Origin: Pseudodesulfovibrio indicus
GTDB lineage: Bacteria > Desulfobacterota > Desulfovibrionia > Desulfovibrionales > Desulfovibrionaceae
DNA length: 64,000 nt
NCBI RefSeq assembly: GCF_001563225.1
Contig: NZ_CP014206.1
Coordinates: forward strand, 3,513,486 to 3,577,485
Direction of reading: 5' to 3'
The translations under genes and the position numbers were made by a program. The notes under the pieces were generated by a model, which saw nothing but the letters and a program-made list of their open reading frames with translations, was not told the DNA's origin and did not search any database. Numbering within the stretch: the first letter of the stretch is position 1; each line of letters begins with the position of its first letter. Positions 9,108 through 20,357 of this stretch are shown here, in pieces.

Positions 9108-10097
9108 ATGAAAAACGTGGCTACTAAATTGATGATGATTTGTGCACTGGCGCTGGCGGTCGGGATGTTCCTCGCCGCTCCGGCTCTGGCCAAAGACAAG
9201 ATCGTGGTGGGCTTTTCCCAGATCGGCGCTGAAAGCGCCTGGCGCGTCGCCAACACGGAATCCATCACTTCCGAAGCGGCCAAGCGCCCCAACATCGAAC
9301 TGAAATTCTCCGACGCCCAGCAGAAGCAGGAAAACCAGATCAAGGCCATCCGCAACTTCATCGCCCAGGGCGTTGACGTCATCGCCTTTTCCCCGGTCGT
9401 CGAAACCGGCTGGACCCCGGTCCTGAAGGAAGCCAAGCGCGCCGGCATCCCCGTGATCCTGTCCGACCGCGCCGTTGACACCGAAGACGACACCCTGTGG
9501 GTCACCTTCATGGGCTCCGACTTCGTCGAGGAAGGACGCCGCTCCGCAAAATGGCTCGCCGAAAACTATGACCGGCTCAAGAACGCCGACAAGTCTTCCG
9601 ACGTCATCAACGTCGTGGAACTCCAGGGCACCGTCGGCTCCGCTCCGGCCATCGACCGCAAGACCGGTTTTGAAGAAGTCATGAAGAACTACCCCCAGTT
9701 CAAGGTCATCAAGTCCCAGTCCGGCGACTTCACCCGCTCCAAGGGCAAGGAAGTCATGGAAGCCTTCCTGAAGGCCGAAGGCGCCAAGATCGACGTGCTC
9801 TACGCCCACAATGACGACATGGCCATCGGCGCCATCCAGGCCATCGAGGAATTCGGCCTGAAGCCCGGCAAGGACATCATCATCGTGTCCATCGACGCCG
9901 TGCGCGGCGCATTCGAAGCCATGATCGAAGGCAAGCTCAACTGCACCGTCGAGTGCAGCCCCCTGCTCGGACCCCAGCTCTTCGACGCCGTTGAAGACCT
10001 CATGGCCGGCAAGACCCTGCCCAAGCGCATCGTGACCAACGAAGGCGTCTTCCCCCAGGAAGTCGCCGCCAAGGAACTGCCTAACCGCAAGTACTAG
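9108..10097 (+). CDS. Sugar ABC transporter periplasmic binding protein (YtfQ/galactofuranose-arabinose type)
   Basis: Signal peptide, KDKIVVGFSQIGAESAWRVANT; type-I PBP fold; GGAGG RBS. Confidence 0.9.
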   Translation: MKNVATKLMMICALALAVGMFLAAPALAKDKIVVGFSQIGAESAWRVANTESITSEAAKRPNIELKFSDAQQKQENQIKAIRNFIAQGVDVIAFSPVVETGWTPVLKEAKRAGIPVILSDRAVDTEDDTLWVTFMGSDFVEEGRRSAKWLAENYDRLKNADKSSDVINVVELQGTVGSAPAIDRKTGFEEVMKNYPQFKVIKSQSGDFTRSKGKEVMEAFLKAEGAKIDVLYAHNDDMAIGAIQAIEEFGLKPGKDIIIVSIDAVRGAFEAMIEGKLNCTVECSPLLGPQLFDAVEDLMAGKTLPKRIVTNEGVFPQEVAAKELPNRKY

Positions 10098-10227
10098 CGT
10101 TGGATTTGCCCCGCCAGGGGCTCCGTAAGATCAAATCACGAGCTCCGGGCCGGCCCGCTCGGGCCGCCCGGAGCTCTCAACGCCAACCAGCGCGTCGGAC
10201 ATCTTATCACGAGTATCGGAGCAGGGA

Positions 10228-11751
10228 ATGTCGAACAACCAGGATGCGATCCTTCAAATCAAGGGCCTCAGCAAGAGTTTCCCCGGCGTAAAGGCCTTGC
10301 AGGACGTGGATTTCACGCTGCGCCGCGGGGAAATTCACGCCTTGATGGGCCAAAACGGCGCGGGGAAATCAACGCTGATCAAGGTCATGACCGGATTGTA
10401 CAAGAAGGACACCGGGGAGATGCTCCTCGAAGGGCAGCCCTTCGAGTTCGGTTCGCCCGAGCAGGCCCCCAAGCACGGCATCAGCACCGTGTACCAGGAG
10501 GTCAATCTGATCCCCCACCTGTCGGTGGCGGAGAACATCTACCTCGGCCGCCAACCGAAGCGCTTCGGGGCCATCGACTGGCCCACCCTCAACCGGCGGG
10601 CCGAGGAAGCGGTCAAGAAACTCGATCTGGACATCGACGTGACCCAGCCGGTGTCCTCCTACTCCATCGCCATCCAGCAGTTGGTGGCCATCATCCGCGC
10701 CCTGGACATCCAGGCCCGCATCCTGATCCTGGACGAGCCGACTTCGAGCCTGGACGCCGCCGAGACCGAACGTCTCTTCACCGTGCTCAAGAAACTCAAG
10801 TCCCAGGGCATCGCCATCGTCTTCGTGACGCACTTCCTCGGCCAGGTTTACGAAATTTCCGATACCATCACCGTCTTGCGAAACGGCAAACTCGTCGGCG
10901 AGAAACCGGTGGCGGAGCTGCCCAAGCTGCAGCTGATCGAGATGATGCTCGGCAAGAGCATCGAATCCCTCCAGAAAGCGGACAAAAAAGCGCCCAAGGA
11001 CTGCGGCACCGGGAACAACCTCTGCTTCCTGCGAGCCCAGGGATTGGGCCGCAAGGGGGCCATGTCGCCCTTCAACCTGGTGATCCGCAAGGGAGAGGTC
11101 ATGGGGCTGGCCGGCCTGCTCGGCTCCGGGCGGACGGAAACGGCCCGCCTGCTGTTCGGCGTGGACAAGGCGCAGCAGGGCAACCTGTACATTAACGACA
11201 AGAGCGAGGTCTTGAACTCCCCCCGCAAGGCCATCGCCCATCGTTTCGGCCTCTGCCCGGAAGACCGCAAATCGGAGGGGATCATCGAAGACCTTTCGGT
11301 CCGCGAAAACATCATCCTCGCCCTGCAGGCGCGGTCGGGAATCTTCAACAAGCTCTCCCCCAAGCGCCAGAGCGAGATCGTTGACAAGTATATCAAGATG
11401 TTGGACATCAAGGCATCGAGCCAGAACCAGAAGGTCGGCGATCTCAGCGGCGGCAACCAGCAGAAAGTTATCGTGGCCCGCTGGCTCGCCTCGGACCCGG
11501 AGTTCCTGATCCTCGACGAGCCCACCCGGGGCATCGATGTCGGCGCCAAGGCGGAGATCGAAAAACTGATCGTCGAACTCAGCCGGGCCGGAATGGCCGT
11601 GCTGTTCATATCGAGTGAGCTGGAAGAAATCATATCCTGCGCGGACAGGGTCGCCGTGCTGAGAGACCGCGAAGTCGTCGATGAGATCTCCGGCGACGAG
11701 ATAGAGGAATCCAAGATCATGAAGATTATCGCGCAGGGAGGAAAACAATGA
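10228..11751 (+). CDS. Sugar ABC transporter ATP-binding protein, duplicated ATPase domains (YtfR-like)
   Basis: Two Walker A/signature sets (GQNGAGKST..LSGGNQQK); 507 aa. Confidence 0.9.
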   Translation: MSNNQDAILQIKGLSKSFPGVKALQDVDFTLRRGEIHALMGQNGAGKSTLIKVMTGLYKKDTGEMLLEGQPFEFGSPEQAPKHGISTVYQEVNLIPHLSVAENIYLGRQPKRFGAIDWPTLNRRAEEAVKKLDLDIDVTQPVSSYSIAIQQLVAIIRALDIQARILILDEPTSSLDAAETERLFTVLKKLKSQGIAIVFVTHFLGQVYEISDTITVLRNGKLVGEKPVAELPKLQLIEMMLGKSIESLQKADKKAPKDCGTGNNLCFLRAQGLGRKGAMSPFNLVIRKGEVMGLAGLLGSGRTETARLLFGVDKAQQGNLYINDKSEVLNSPRKAIAHRFGLCPEDRKSEGIIEDLSVRENIILALQARSGIFNKLSPKRQSEIVDKYIKMLDIKASSQNQKVGDLSGGNQQKVIVARWLASDPEFLILDEPTRGIDVGAKAEIEKLIVELSRAGMAVLFISSELEEIISCADRVAVLRDREVVDEISGDEIEESKIMKIIAQGGKQ

Positions 11752-12793
11752 GCCTGAAGCCGTCCTTTCTGCAGAACGAGGCCACGGCCAAGCTGATCTG
11801 GCCGCTTGTCGCCCTTTCCGCAATCATCATATTCAACATCCTGTTCACGCCCGGCTTTTTCCACATCGAGATCAAGGACGGGCACCTGTTCGGCAGCCTT
11901 ATCGACATCCTCAACCGAGGCGCGCCGGTCATGCTCGTGTCCATCGGCATGACGCTGGTGTTCGCCACCGGCGGCGTGGACCTGTCCGTGGGCGCGGTCA
12001 TCGCCATCTCCGGGGCCATCGCCGCCCATCTCATCCGGCCGGACTACGTCAAGGGCGTCATCGAATACGGCGAGCTGACCCCCCTGTTCCAGGTCATCGC
12101 CATCCCGCTGATCGTCTCGTTGGCGGCGGGATTGTGGAACGGCGTGCTCGTGGCCTACGTCGGCGTCCAGCCCATCATCGCCACGCTCATCCTGATGGTG
12201 GCCGGGCGCGGCATCGCCCAGCTGGTCACCGAAGGCCAGATCCTGGTCTTCATCCATGAACCGTTTCAATACATCGGTGGCGGCTTTCTCTTCGGCATTC
12301 CGTTCCCCATCATCCTGGTGCTGGTCGCCCTGGCGGCGACCTACCTGCTGACTCGACGAACGGCGCTCGGCCTGTTCATCGAAGCCATCGGGGCCAACCC
12401 CAAGGCCAGCCTGTACATGGGCATACGGGCCAAGGTGATCAAGGTCGCCGTCTACATGTTCTGCGCCCTGTGCGCGGGCATCGCGGGGCTGATCATCTGC
12501 TCGGACATCAAAGCGGCCGACGCCAACAACGCGGGATTGTTTCTCGAACTGGACGCCATCGCCGCCGTCATCATCGGCGGCACGATGTGGGGCGGCCGTT
12601 TCACCGTGGCGGGCTCGATCATCGGCGCGCTGATCATCCAGTCCCTGACCACGACCATCCTGACGCGCGGCATCGCTCCTGAAATAACCCTGGTATTCAA
12701 GGCCGTGGTCATCATCTGCGTGGCCCTGATCCAATCCGAGACCTTCAGAAACATCCTGGCAGGCCGCCTGATGAAAAAGGAGGCCGGAAAATA

Positions 12794-12794
<1 letters not shown>
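11748..12794 (+). CDS. Sugar ABC transporter permease (YtfT-like)
   Basis: Polytopic membrane protein, ATGA overlap with ATPase gene. Confidence 0.9.
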
Positions 12795-13816
<1,022 letters not shown>

Positions 13817-13834
13817 GCCAAGCGAGGCATTGCG

Positions 13835-14845
13835 ATGAAAACCCTGCGTCTTTACGGCCCCGGCGACATTCGGCTCCTGGACGAGCCCGAACCGAGTCCC
13901 GCGTCCGGCGAAGCCCTGCTGCAAATCGCCTCGGTGGGCGTCTGCGGCTCGGACCTCACCTGGTTCGTCTCCTCGGGCATCGGCTCGGCCAGACTGGAGC
14001 GCCCGCTCATTCTGGGCCATGAATTCTCCGCCGTCGCCCTGACGGGACAATTCGCGGGGAAGCGCGTGGCCGTGGACCCGGCCATCCCGTGCAACCGCTG
14101 CCGCCATTGCATCGAGGGCAACCCCAACTTCTGCGAAGCCACGCGCTTCGCCGGACACGCCCCGGACGATGGCGCATTGCGTGAAAGGATGGCCTGGCCT
14201 GAAGAGCTCCTGCACCCGCTCCCCGACGAACTGTCCTTTGAGGACGGCGTGATGCTGGAACCGCTCGGCGTGGCCCTCCATGCCATGGACCTCGGCAAGA
14301 TCCGGGTGGGCGACAAGGTGGGCGTCTTCGGCTGCGGCCCCATCGGCCTGCTCATGGTGCAACTGGCCCTGGCGTCGGGCGCCGAGCGGGTGCTGGCCAC
14401 CGACCCTCTGGAGCACCGCCGCAATCTGGCCGGGACCTTCGGCGCCCAGCCGAGTTCCGCACGGAACGGCGAAGAGGTCGCTCCGCTCATCCGGTCGGAC
14501 TACAAGGGCGGCCTGGACGTGGCCTTTGAAATCGCGGGCGAGGATGATGCCGTGGAGGCCGCGATCCGCAGCCTCCGCCCGGGCGGCAAGCTCATCCTCG
14601 GCGGCATCCCCCGGGACGACAGGACCTCATTCTGCGCCTCCGAAGCCCGCCGCAAAGGGCTGACCATCAAGCTCGTGCGCCGCATGAAGCATACCTACCC
14701 GCGAGCCATCGCCTTGACCATGGCGGGAACGGTTCGGCTCCAGCCGCTGGTGACGCACGTCTTCCCCCTGGAAAAGGCTGACGAAGCATTCGCGACCGCC
14801 GTCTCCAGATCGGGACTGAAAGTCTGCCTCCGCCCGACAACGTAA
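13835..14845 (+). CDS. Zn-dependent alcohol/polyol dehydrogenase (MDR family, sorbitol/threonine dehydrogenase-like)
   Basis: GHEFSAV, VGVCGSDL zinc motif, GxGxxG GCGPIGL; last gene of transporter operon. Confidence 0.9.
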   Translation: MKTLRLYGPGDIRLLDEPEPSPASGEALLQIASVGVCGSDLTWFVSSGIGSARLERPLILGHEFSAVALTGQFAGKRVAVDPAIPCNRCRHCIEGNPNFCEATRFAGHAPDDGALRERMAWPEELLHPLPDELSFEDGVMLEPLGVALHAMDLGKIRVGDKVGVFGCGPIGLLMVQLALASGAERVLATDPLEHRRNLAGTFGAQPSSARNGEEVAPLIRSDYKGGLDVAFEIAGEDDAVEAAIRSLRPGGKLILGGIPRDDRTSFCASEARRKGLTIKLVRRMKHTYPRAIALTMAGTVRLQPLVTHVFPLEKADEAFATAVSRSGLKVCLRPTT

Positions 14846-14903
14846 TCCCGCAATACATTCGTCATCGGCAGGACGTCGGCTCGACTCCGGCCCCGGCTCC
14901 AAC

Positions 14904-14937
14904 GAAAAAGCGCTTATGAGGGATCATAAGCGCTTTT
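14904..14937. terminator. Bidirectional intrinsic terminator (perfect palindrome aaaaaGCGCTTATGAgggATCATAAGCGCttttt)
   Basis: Seen in sequence between convergent ADH (+) and MBL hydrolase (-). Confidence 0.6.
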
Positions 14938-14999
14938 TCGCGGGTCGACCTGCAAGCGGGGACAATGGGGGCCTCCGCCGGGTGCGGCAGCCCGGGCCG

Positions 15000-15872
15000 C
15001 TAGCCCCGCTCGGTGCAGAATCTGAGCGAGGGGGAGTCGGTGGTCAGGACCCGGACGGGCATGCCGGGGCGGGCGTGGCGGGACAGGGCGCGCTCCAGGG
15101 TGAACCAGAGGTGGTAGGTGTCTTTCTCGCGGTCCGGCAGGTGGCAGATGACCACCTCGCGCGGGCGGAAGACCTCGTTGATGCACCGCTGCCCTTCCGG
15201 GTTGTGGTAGAAGATGGGGTTGACGAAGGCCGCGTCCAGGCTCACGCCCGCCAGGGCCTTCTCGAAATGTTCCGGCACGTGGTCCGCGTCGCCGGTGAAG
15301 AGCAGGTTGCTGCTCCCCACCGAGACCAGGAAGCTGTCGTTGCGCACGCCGGTGAACGCCTTGCCCATGTGAACCCCGCCGATGACCGTCACGCCCAGCC
15401 CTTCGCCCAGGCCGTAGGTCTTGGCCTGGCCCGGCTCCAGGGACCCGTTCCACTGGGGCACCCCCAGCTCGCCCGCGAACCGGGCCAGCAGCACGGCCTC
15501 GACCGAGCCGCACCGGGGATCGGGCGTGAACAGCCCCTTGGTCCGCCGGTAGCGCAGGTGCTCCATGACCAGCCCCGGCGTGAAGTGGTCCGGGTGCTCG
15601 TGGGTGAAGAGCAGGTATTCCAGCTGCTGGAACGGGGCGTCCCCTTGGCGCATGCGCACCAGGGTGTCCCTGTCCACGCGGTCGAAGGGGTGGTCCCCCT
15701 GGTCGTGGATGCCGTCCACCAGCAGTCCGGTCCCGCCGCCTCGGACCAGGATGCCCGCGTTGGCCACCAAGGTCACATCTATGCACTCCGCCACGAATCG
15801 CTCCCTGTAGGTTTGTCCCGCTTTCGCACAGCGGCACTTTTCCGCCTGATTACGCCCCGCACCATTGCACAT
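15000..15872 (-). CDS. MBL-fold metallo-hydrolase
   Basis: THEHPDH (HxHxDH) motif, beta-lactamase fold pattern. Confidence 0.8.
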   Translation of the reverse strand: MCNGAGRNQAEKCRCAKAGQTYRERFVAECIDVTLVANAGILVRGGGTGLLVDGIHDQGDHPFDRVDRDTLVRMRQGDAPFQQLEYLLFTHEHPDHFTPGLVMEHLRYRRTKGLFTPDPRCGSVEAVLLARFAGELGVPQWNGSLEPGQAKTYGLGEGLGVTVIGGVHMGKAFTGVRNDSFLVSVGSSNLLFTGDADHVPEHFEKALAGVSLDAAFVNPIFYHNPEGQRCINEVFRPREVVICHLPDREKDTYHLWFTLERALSRHARPGMPVRVLTTDSPSLRFCTERG

Positions 15873-15964
15873 TCCGGACCGGGTTGACAGCGCGACAAGA
15901 CCGCGCCAGAACAGGGCGGCCGTCGAGGCCCGTCTTTTGCAAAGCCCCCGAAAAAGGAGCGGAC

Positions 15965-16942
15965 ATGCGATACATCCACAACCCGGTCACGGACCCCGCC
16001 TTCAACCTGGCAGCCGAGGAATGGCTGCTGACCCGCTCGGACGAGGACGTCTTCATGCTCTGGCGCAACCGGCCCGCGGTCATCGTCGGGCGGAACCAGA
16101 ACACCCTGGCCGAGATCGACGAAGCCTTCACCCGGACGCGCGGCATCCCCGTGGTCCGCCGCCTGAGCGGAGGCGGTGCCGTGTTCCACGACCTGGGGAA
16201 CATCAACTTCACCTTCATCACCCGGGGCAACCCCTCGCAGGGGCTGGACTTCGAGCGGTTCACCGCGCCCATCCAGCAGGCCCTCGGGGCCATGGGGGTG
16301 GCGTGCGAGTTTTCCGGCCGCAACGACCTGCTCATAGACGGAAAGAAGTTCTCCGGCAATGCCCAACATTTCCATGCCGGGCGCATCCTGCACCACGGCA
16401 CCCTGCTCTTCGCCTCGGACATGGCCGACCTGTCCGGCGCGCTGCGCACCGACCCCGAGAAGTACCGCGACAAGGCGGTGAAGAGCGTCCGCTCGCGGGT
16501 GACCAACATCTCCAGCCATCTGCCCGCGCCCATGGAAGTGACCGCCTTCATCAAGGCGCTCATGGACCACGTCTCCGGCCACACGCCCATGGACGACATG
16601 GTCTTGAGCGCCGAGGAGCAGGCGTCCATCGAGGCGCTGGCCGCCGCGCGCTACCGCACCTGGGAGTGGAACTTCGGCTCCTCGCCCGCCTACAACTTCT
16701 CCCGCCGGACCCGCACCCCCGGCGGACTGCTGGACGTGAACATGCAGGTCAAGAAGGGGCTGATCGTCAAGGCGCGGCTGTTCGGCGACTATTTCGGGGT
16801 CCGGGACATCGACCCCCTGGAGCGGCGCATCGAGGGTTGCGCCCACGAGCGAACGGCCCTTGAGGAGCGGCTTTCCGGCCTGCCGCTCGGCGAATACCTG
16901 AACGGCGTGACCCTGCCCGTCCTGCTGGACTGCCTGTTCTGA
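15965..16942 (+). CDS. lplA: lipoate-protein ligase A
   Basis: Start MRYIHNP...AAEEWLL...RRLSGGGAVFHD (LplA catalytic motif); the ORF in the track starts earlier with weak context; GGAGCGGAC ATG. Confidence 0.85.
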   Translation: MRYIHNPVTDPAFNLAAEEWLLTRSDEDVFMLWRNRPAVIVGRNQNTLAEIDEAFTRTRGIPVVRRLSGGGAVFHDLGNINFTFITRGNPSQGLDFERFTAPIQQALGAMGVACEFSGRNDLLIDGKKFSGNAQHFHAGRILHHGTLLFASDMADLSGALRTDPEKYRDKAVKSVRSRVTNISSHLPAPMEVTAFIKALMDHVSGHTPMDDMVLSAEEQASIEALAAARYRTWEWNFGSSPAYNFSRRTRTPGGLLDVNMQVKKGLIVKARLFGDYFGVRDIDPLERRIEGCAHERTALEERLSGLPLGEYLNGVTLPVLLDCLF

Positions 16943-17121
16943 GCCGAGGGGACCTGTTCGATTTTCGGGCAATGTTCGCGTTGGGAACACGGGGCGGGCC
17001 GTTTACCGGCCCTTGAAAGGATGGTTTTCTTACAAAAACATTGGATTTACAGATAAAAATTACCCGGGCATGCTCCTTGCTTTATCCCTGCATCTCAACC
17101 ACAACCTTTAGGAGAAATCCA

Positions 17122-17448
17122 ATGGATGCAGCGGAAAAAGCGGCAATGACCTTGTCCAAGATGCAGACCAAAGCCGGGAACGTGTTCCCCAATTACATTG
17201 CCTTCACCAAGGAGATCAGCCAGTTCGGTCCCATCGACCACAAGACGCAGGAACTCATCCACATCGGTTGTTCCATGATGTCGCAGTGCGAGATGTGCAT
17301 CTCCCTCCACATTCAGGGCGCGGCCAGCCACGGCGCGACCAAGGAGGAGATCATGCAGGCCGCCATGCTGGCCATAGCCATGGGCGGCTCCCCGAAGATG
17401 ATGTACATGAAGTACGTCTTCGACGAGCTGGAAGACCTGTTCGATTAA
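17122..17448 (+). CDS. carboxymuconolactone decarboxylase family (AhpD-like) protein
   Basis: CMD fold with CxxC-like CEMC...H motif. Confidence 0.8.
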   Translation: MDAAEKAAMTLSKMQTKAGNVFPNYIAFTKEISQFGPIDHKTQELIHIGCSMMSQCEMCISLHIQGAASHGATKEEIMQAAMLAIAMGGSPKMMYMKYVFDELEDLFD

Positions 17449-17529
17449 CCGAGAGGCGGATTCATGCCGGGGCCGGGGTACGCGTTTCCCCCCGGTCCCG
17501 GCGTTCGCCGCCCCCCAAAAGAGGAATGT

Positions 17530-17919
17530 ATGGATATCAAGACCCACGAAAGCATCGACCGCTCCCTGTGCGGGGAGCCCATCTCCCTGGAGCCGGGCCG
17601 AAGCGAAGTGCGCCTTCGCTGCCTGGAATCCATGGCCGCGGACGCCAGCGGGCTGGTCCACGGCGGATTCATCTTCGGCCTGGCCGACTACGCGGCCATG
17701 CTCTCCGTGAACCATCCCAACGTGGTCCTGGGCGGGGCCGAGACCCGCTTCCTGAAGCCGTCCCGCGTGGGCGACACGCTGGTGGCCAGGGCGCAGGACG
17801 AGACCCCTGACGAGCGCAGGCACCTGGTCAAGGTCGAGGTTTTCTCCGGCGAGGAGACGGTCTTTGCCGGGACCTTCACCTGCTTCGTCACCAGGGAGCA
17901 CGTCCTGGCGGGCAAATAG
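17530..17919 (+). CDS. PaaI/hotdog-fold thioesterase
   Basis: HGGFIFGLADYAA motif typical of PaaI thioesterases; start at MDIKT. Confidence 0.8.
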   Translation: MDIKTHESIDRSLCGEPISLEPGRSEVRLRCLESMAADASGLVHGGFIFGLADYAAMLSVNHPNVVLGGAETRFLKPSRVGDTLVARAQDETPDERRHLVKVEVFSGEETVFAGTFTCFVTREHVLAGK

Positions 17920-17955
17920 GATCGGGCCCCGGCGGTCCGGGACGACGCCGCGCGT

Positions 17956-18264
17956 CTAGCCGAACAGGGTGTCGCCGCTGGCGTTGCCCAGGCCGGGGTG
18001 GATGTCGAAACGGACCACGCCCACCGGGACGTTGACCGCCGCCGCCACGCGCGCGGTGCCGGCATTGCCGAACCCGCCGCACAGCTCGATGGCGGCAATC
18101 CCTTCTTTTTCCACCAGCTCGCGGGCCAGGCTCTCCGCTTGGTCATAATCCTTCACGGCCACGGCCAGGAGGTCCACGGCCCCGGTCTTCACCCAGTTGC
18201 GATGGGCGACCGGATCCGCGCCGGGCGCGATGAAGATGAACGCCGCCTTGAGTGCGCTGCTCAT
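17956..18264 (-). CDS. small conserved hypothetical protein (last gene of aco cluster)
   Basis: 102 aa ORF with good codon usage, 16 nt downstream of acoX; no recognisable family from sequence alone. Confidence 0.6.
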   Translation of the reverse strand: MSSALKAAFIFIAPGADPVAHRNWVKTGAVDLLAVAVKDYDQAESLARELVEKEGIAAIELCGGFGNAGTARVAAAVNVPVGVVRFDIHPGLGNASGDTLFG

Positions 18265-18280
18265 GATGTTTCCCCTGTGG

Positions 18281-19270
18281 TTATAATGGTTGCCTGAAAA
18301 TTCCTTCCTGCCGCGCCAGGGACAGGGTCCTGTCCACGTCCACGACCAGCGGGCCGTGGGTGTTCAGCCGTATGGCCGCGTGGGAACCGGCGTGAATCTC
18401 CACCTCGCGCTCGCCGTCCAGGGCCACCAGGCCGGGGCTGACGTCGATGGTGAACAGCTCGCCGGGAGCCATGGGGGAGACCCCGCAGACCGGGACGTCG
18501 GCGAACATGCCGGGGGCGATGGGGGCCGTGATCGTGACCGGTGCGCCGCCCCCCAGGCGCAGGGCCATGCCCTCCGGGGTTTCCGGGCGGATCTCGCGGA
18601 TCTGGCCGCCGATGGCCGACAGCCCGATGGAGCTCGCGCCGCACCGGGTCAGGAAGAGCTGCGGCACCTTGTCCATGTGCCAGACCGCCTTGGAGGCGAG
18701 GAAGACGTCGTCGTAGACCGCCGCGTCCACCAGGGCGATGTCCACCACCTGGCCGTCCAGCAGGACGTCGAACATGCAGGAGCGGTAGCAGCAGCCGTCC
18801 ACGGGCAGCTTGCCCGAGGCCACCAGCCCGGCGGCCAGCCCGGCCACCGTGGCCTCGCCCATGATCGGAAAGACGTTGTTGGTTCCCGTGGAGAGCGGCA
18901 GAAGCGGAATGGAGACCGTGCCCTTGCAGGCCGCGCGGCTGGTGCCGTCGCCGCCGAGGACGACAAGGCACTTCGCGCCCAGGGTCTCCATGATGCCCGC
19001 CGCCGTGGTGGTGTCGGTCTGGCTGTTGCGGATGGGCATCTCCACCGCCTCCACGGGAATGGAAGGCGAAATGGCGTTGAGGGCGCGCGGCACGATGCCG
19101 TACCCGTCGGGCATGTACAAGATCTTCTTCACGCCCGCCTTTTCCAGGCCGAGAATCAGCCTGCGGACCATGCGCACCTTCTCCTGATTGTCGAAGACGC
19201 TGCCGTGGGCCACCAGGCGGCGTATGTCCTTGCCGGAAGCGGGGTTTGCCAGAATGGCTGCGATGCTCAA
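18281..19270 (-). CDS. acoX: ATP-NAD kinase-like protein of acetoin cluster (AcoX-like)
   Basis: GGDGT motif, NAD kinase/DAGK fold; position downstream of acoB as in acoXABC-type clusters. Confidence 0.8.
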   Translation of the reverse strand: MSIAAILANPASGKDIRRLVAHGSVFDNQEKVRMVRRLILGLEKAGVKKILYMPDGYGIVPRALNAISPSIPVEAVEMPIRNSQTDTTTAAGIMETLGAKCLVVLGGDGTSRAACKGTVSIPLLPLSTGTNNVFPIMGEATVAGLAAGLVASGKLPVDGCCYRSCMFDVLLDGQVVDIALVDAAVYDDVFLASKAVWHMDKVPQLFLTRCGASSIGLSAIGGQIREIRPETPEGMALRLGGGAPVTITAPIAPGMFADVPVCGVSPMAPGELFTIDVSPGLVALDGEREVEIHAGSHAAIRLNTHGPLVVDVDRTLSLARQEGIFRQPL

Positions 19271-19340
19271 GGGGTCGCCCTCACGAAATGGGTTCGGCGG
19301 GGAGACGGCCGGAGCCGGCCCCCCGCCAGGGTGCTGGGGA

Positions 19341-20312
19341 TTAGCGAATGCTCTTCACGGCCGCGACGATGTCGTCGGCGTTGGGAATGTAGGCCTGCTC
19401 CAGGGGCGGCGAGAACGGCACCGGGCAGAACGGCGCGCCCACCCGCTTGACCGGGGCGTCCAGGTATTCGAGGGCCTCTTCGGCGGCCAGGGCGACGATC
19501 TCCGCGCCGGGACCGGCGAAGGACACGGCCTCGTTGGCCACCACCAGCGCGTGGGTCTTCTTCACGGACTCCAGGATGGTCTCCTTGTCCAGCGGCTGCA
19601 GGCAGCGCGGGTCCACGACCTCGGCCTCGATGCCGTCGGCCTTGAGGCGCTCGGCGGCCTCCAGGGCGGAGTAGACCATCTGGGAAGTGGCCACGATGGT
19701 CACGTCGGAACCCTCGCGCTTGACGTCGGCCTTGCCGATCTCGATGGTGTAGCTCTCGTCCGGGACCTCGCCGGTCATGCCGTAGAGCAGCTTGTGCTCC
19801 AGGAAGACCACCGGGTTGTCGTCGCGGATGGCGCTGATGAGCAGCCCCTTGGCGTCATAGGGGGTGGACGGGATGACGACCTTCAGGCCGGGGATGTTCA
19901 TGAACCAGGACTCCAGGGACTGGGAGTGCTGGGCGGCGGCGCCGATGCCCGCGCCCTGGGGCATGCGCAGGGTCATGGGAACGGTGGTCTTGCCGCCGAA
20001 CATGTAGCGCATCTTGGCGGCCTGGTTGAACAGCTGGTCCATGGCCACGCCGATGAAGTCCACGAACATCAGCTCCGCCACGGGGCGAAGCCCGGCGGCG
20101 GCGGCGCCGGTGGCGGCGCCCACGATGGTGCTCTCGGTGATCGGGGTGTCCATGACCCGCTCTTCGCCGAAGGTGTCGAACAGCCCCTGGGTGACGCCGA
20201 AGCAACCGCCGAACTGTCCCACGTCCTCGCCGAGAATGAACACGTTCGGGTCGCGTTCCATTTCCTGCCTCAACGCTTCATTGAGCGCCTGAAGATATGT
20301 TTTTTCGGACAT
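19341..20312 (-). CDS. acoB: acetoin/pyruvate dehydrogenase E1 component beta subunit (transketolase-like)
   Basis: 323 aa, typical E1-beta N-term YLQALNEAL...FILGEDVG. Confidence 0.9.
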   Translation of the reverse strand: MSEKTYLQALNEALRQEMERDPNVFILGEDVGQFGGCFGVTQGLFDTFGEERVMDTPITESTIVGAATGAAAAGLRPVAELMFVDFIGVAMDQLFNQAAKMRYMFGGKTTVPMTLRMPQGAGIGAAAQHSQSLESWFMNIPGLKVVIPSTPYDAKGLLISAIRDDNPVVFLEHKLLYGMTGEVPDESYTIEIGKADVKREGSDVTIVATSQMVYSALEAAERLKADGIEAEVVDPRCLQPLDKETILESVKKTHALVVANEAVSFAGPGAEIVALAAEEALEYLDAPVKRVGAPFCPVPFSPPLEQAYIPNADDIVAAVKSIR

Positions 20313-20357
20313 TATATTCTCCGTATGGTTTTGTAGGGATTCGTGAAAGGTGACGGC

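Noticed and set aside
8900-9511. 203-aa minus-strand ORF upstream of or overlapping the sugar-binding protein gene
   Set aside because: Overlaps a well-supported CDS and promoter region; no RBS; poor composition
14914-16990. Several 250-400 aa ORFs on both strands across MBL and lplA genes
   Set aside because: Out-of-frame overlaps of MBL hydrolase and LplA, Pro/Arg/Gly-rich
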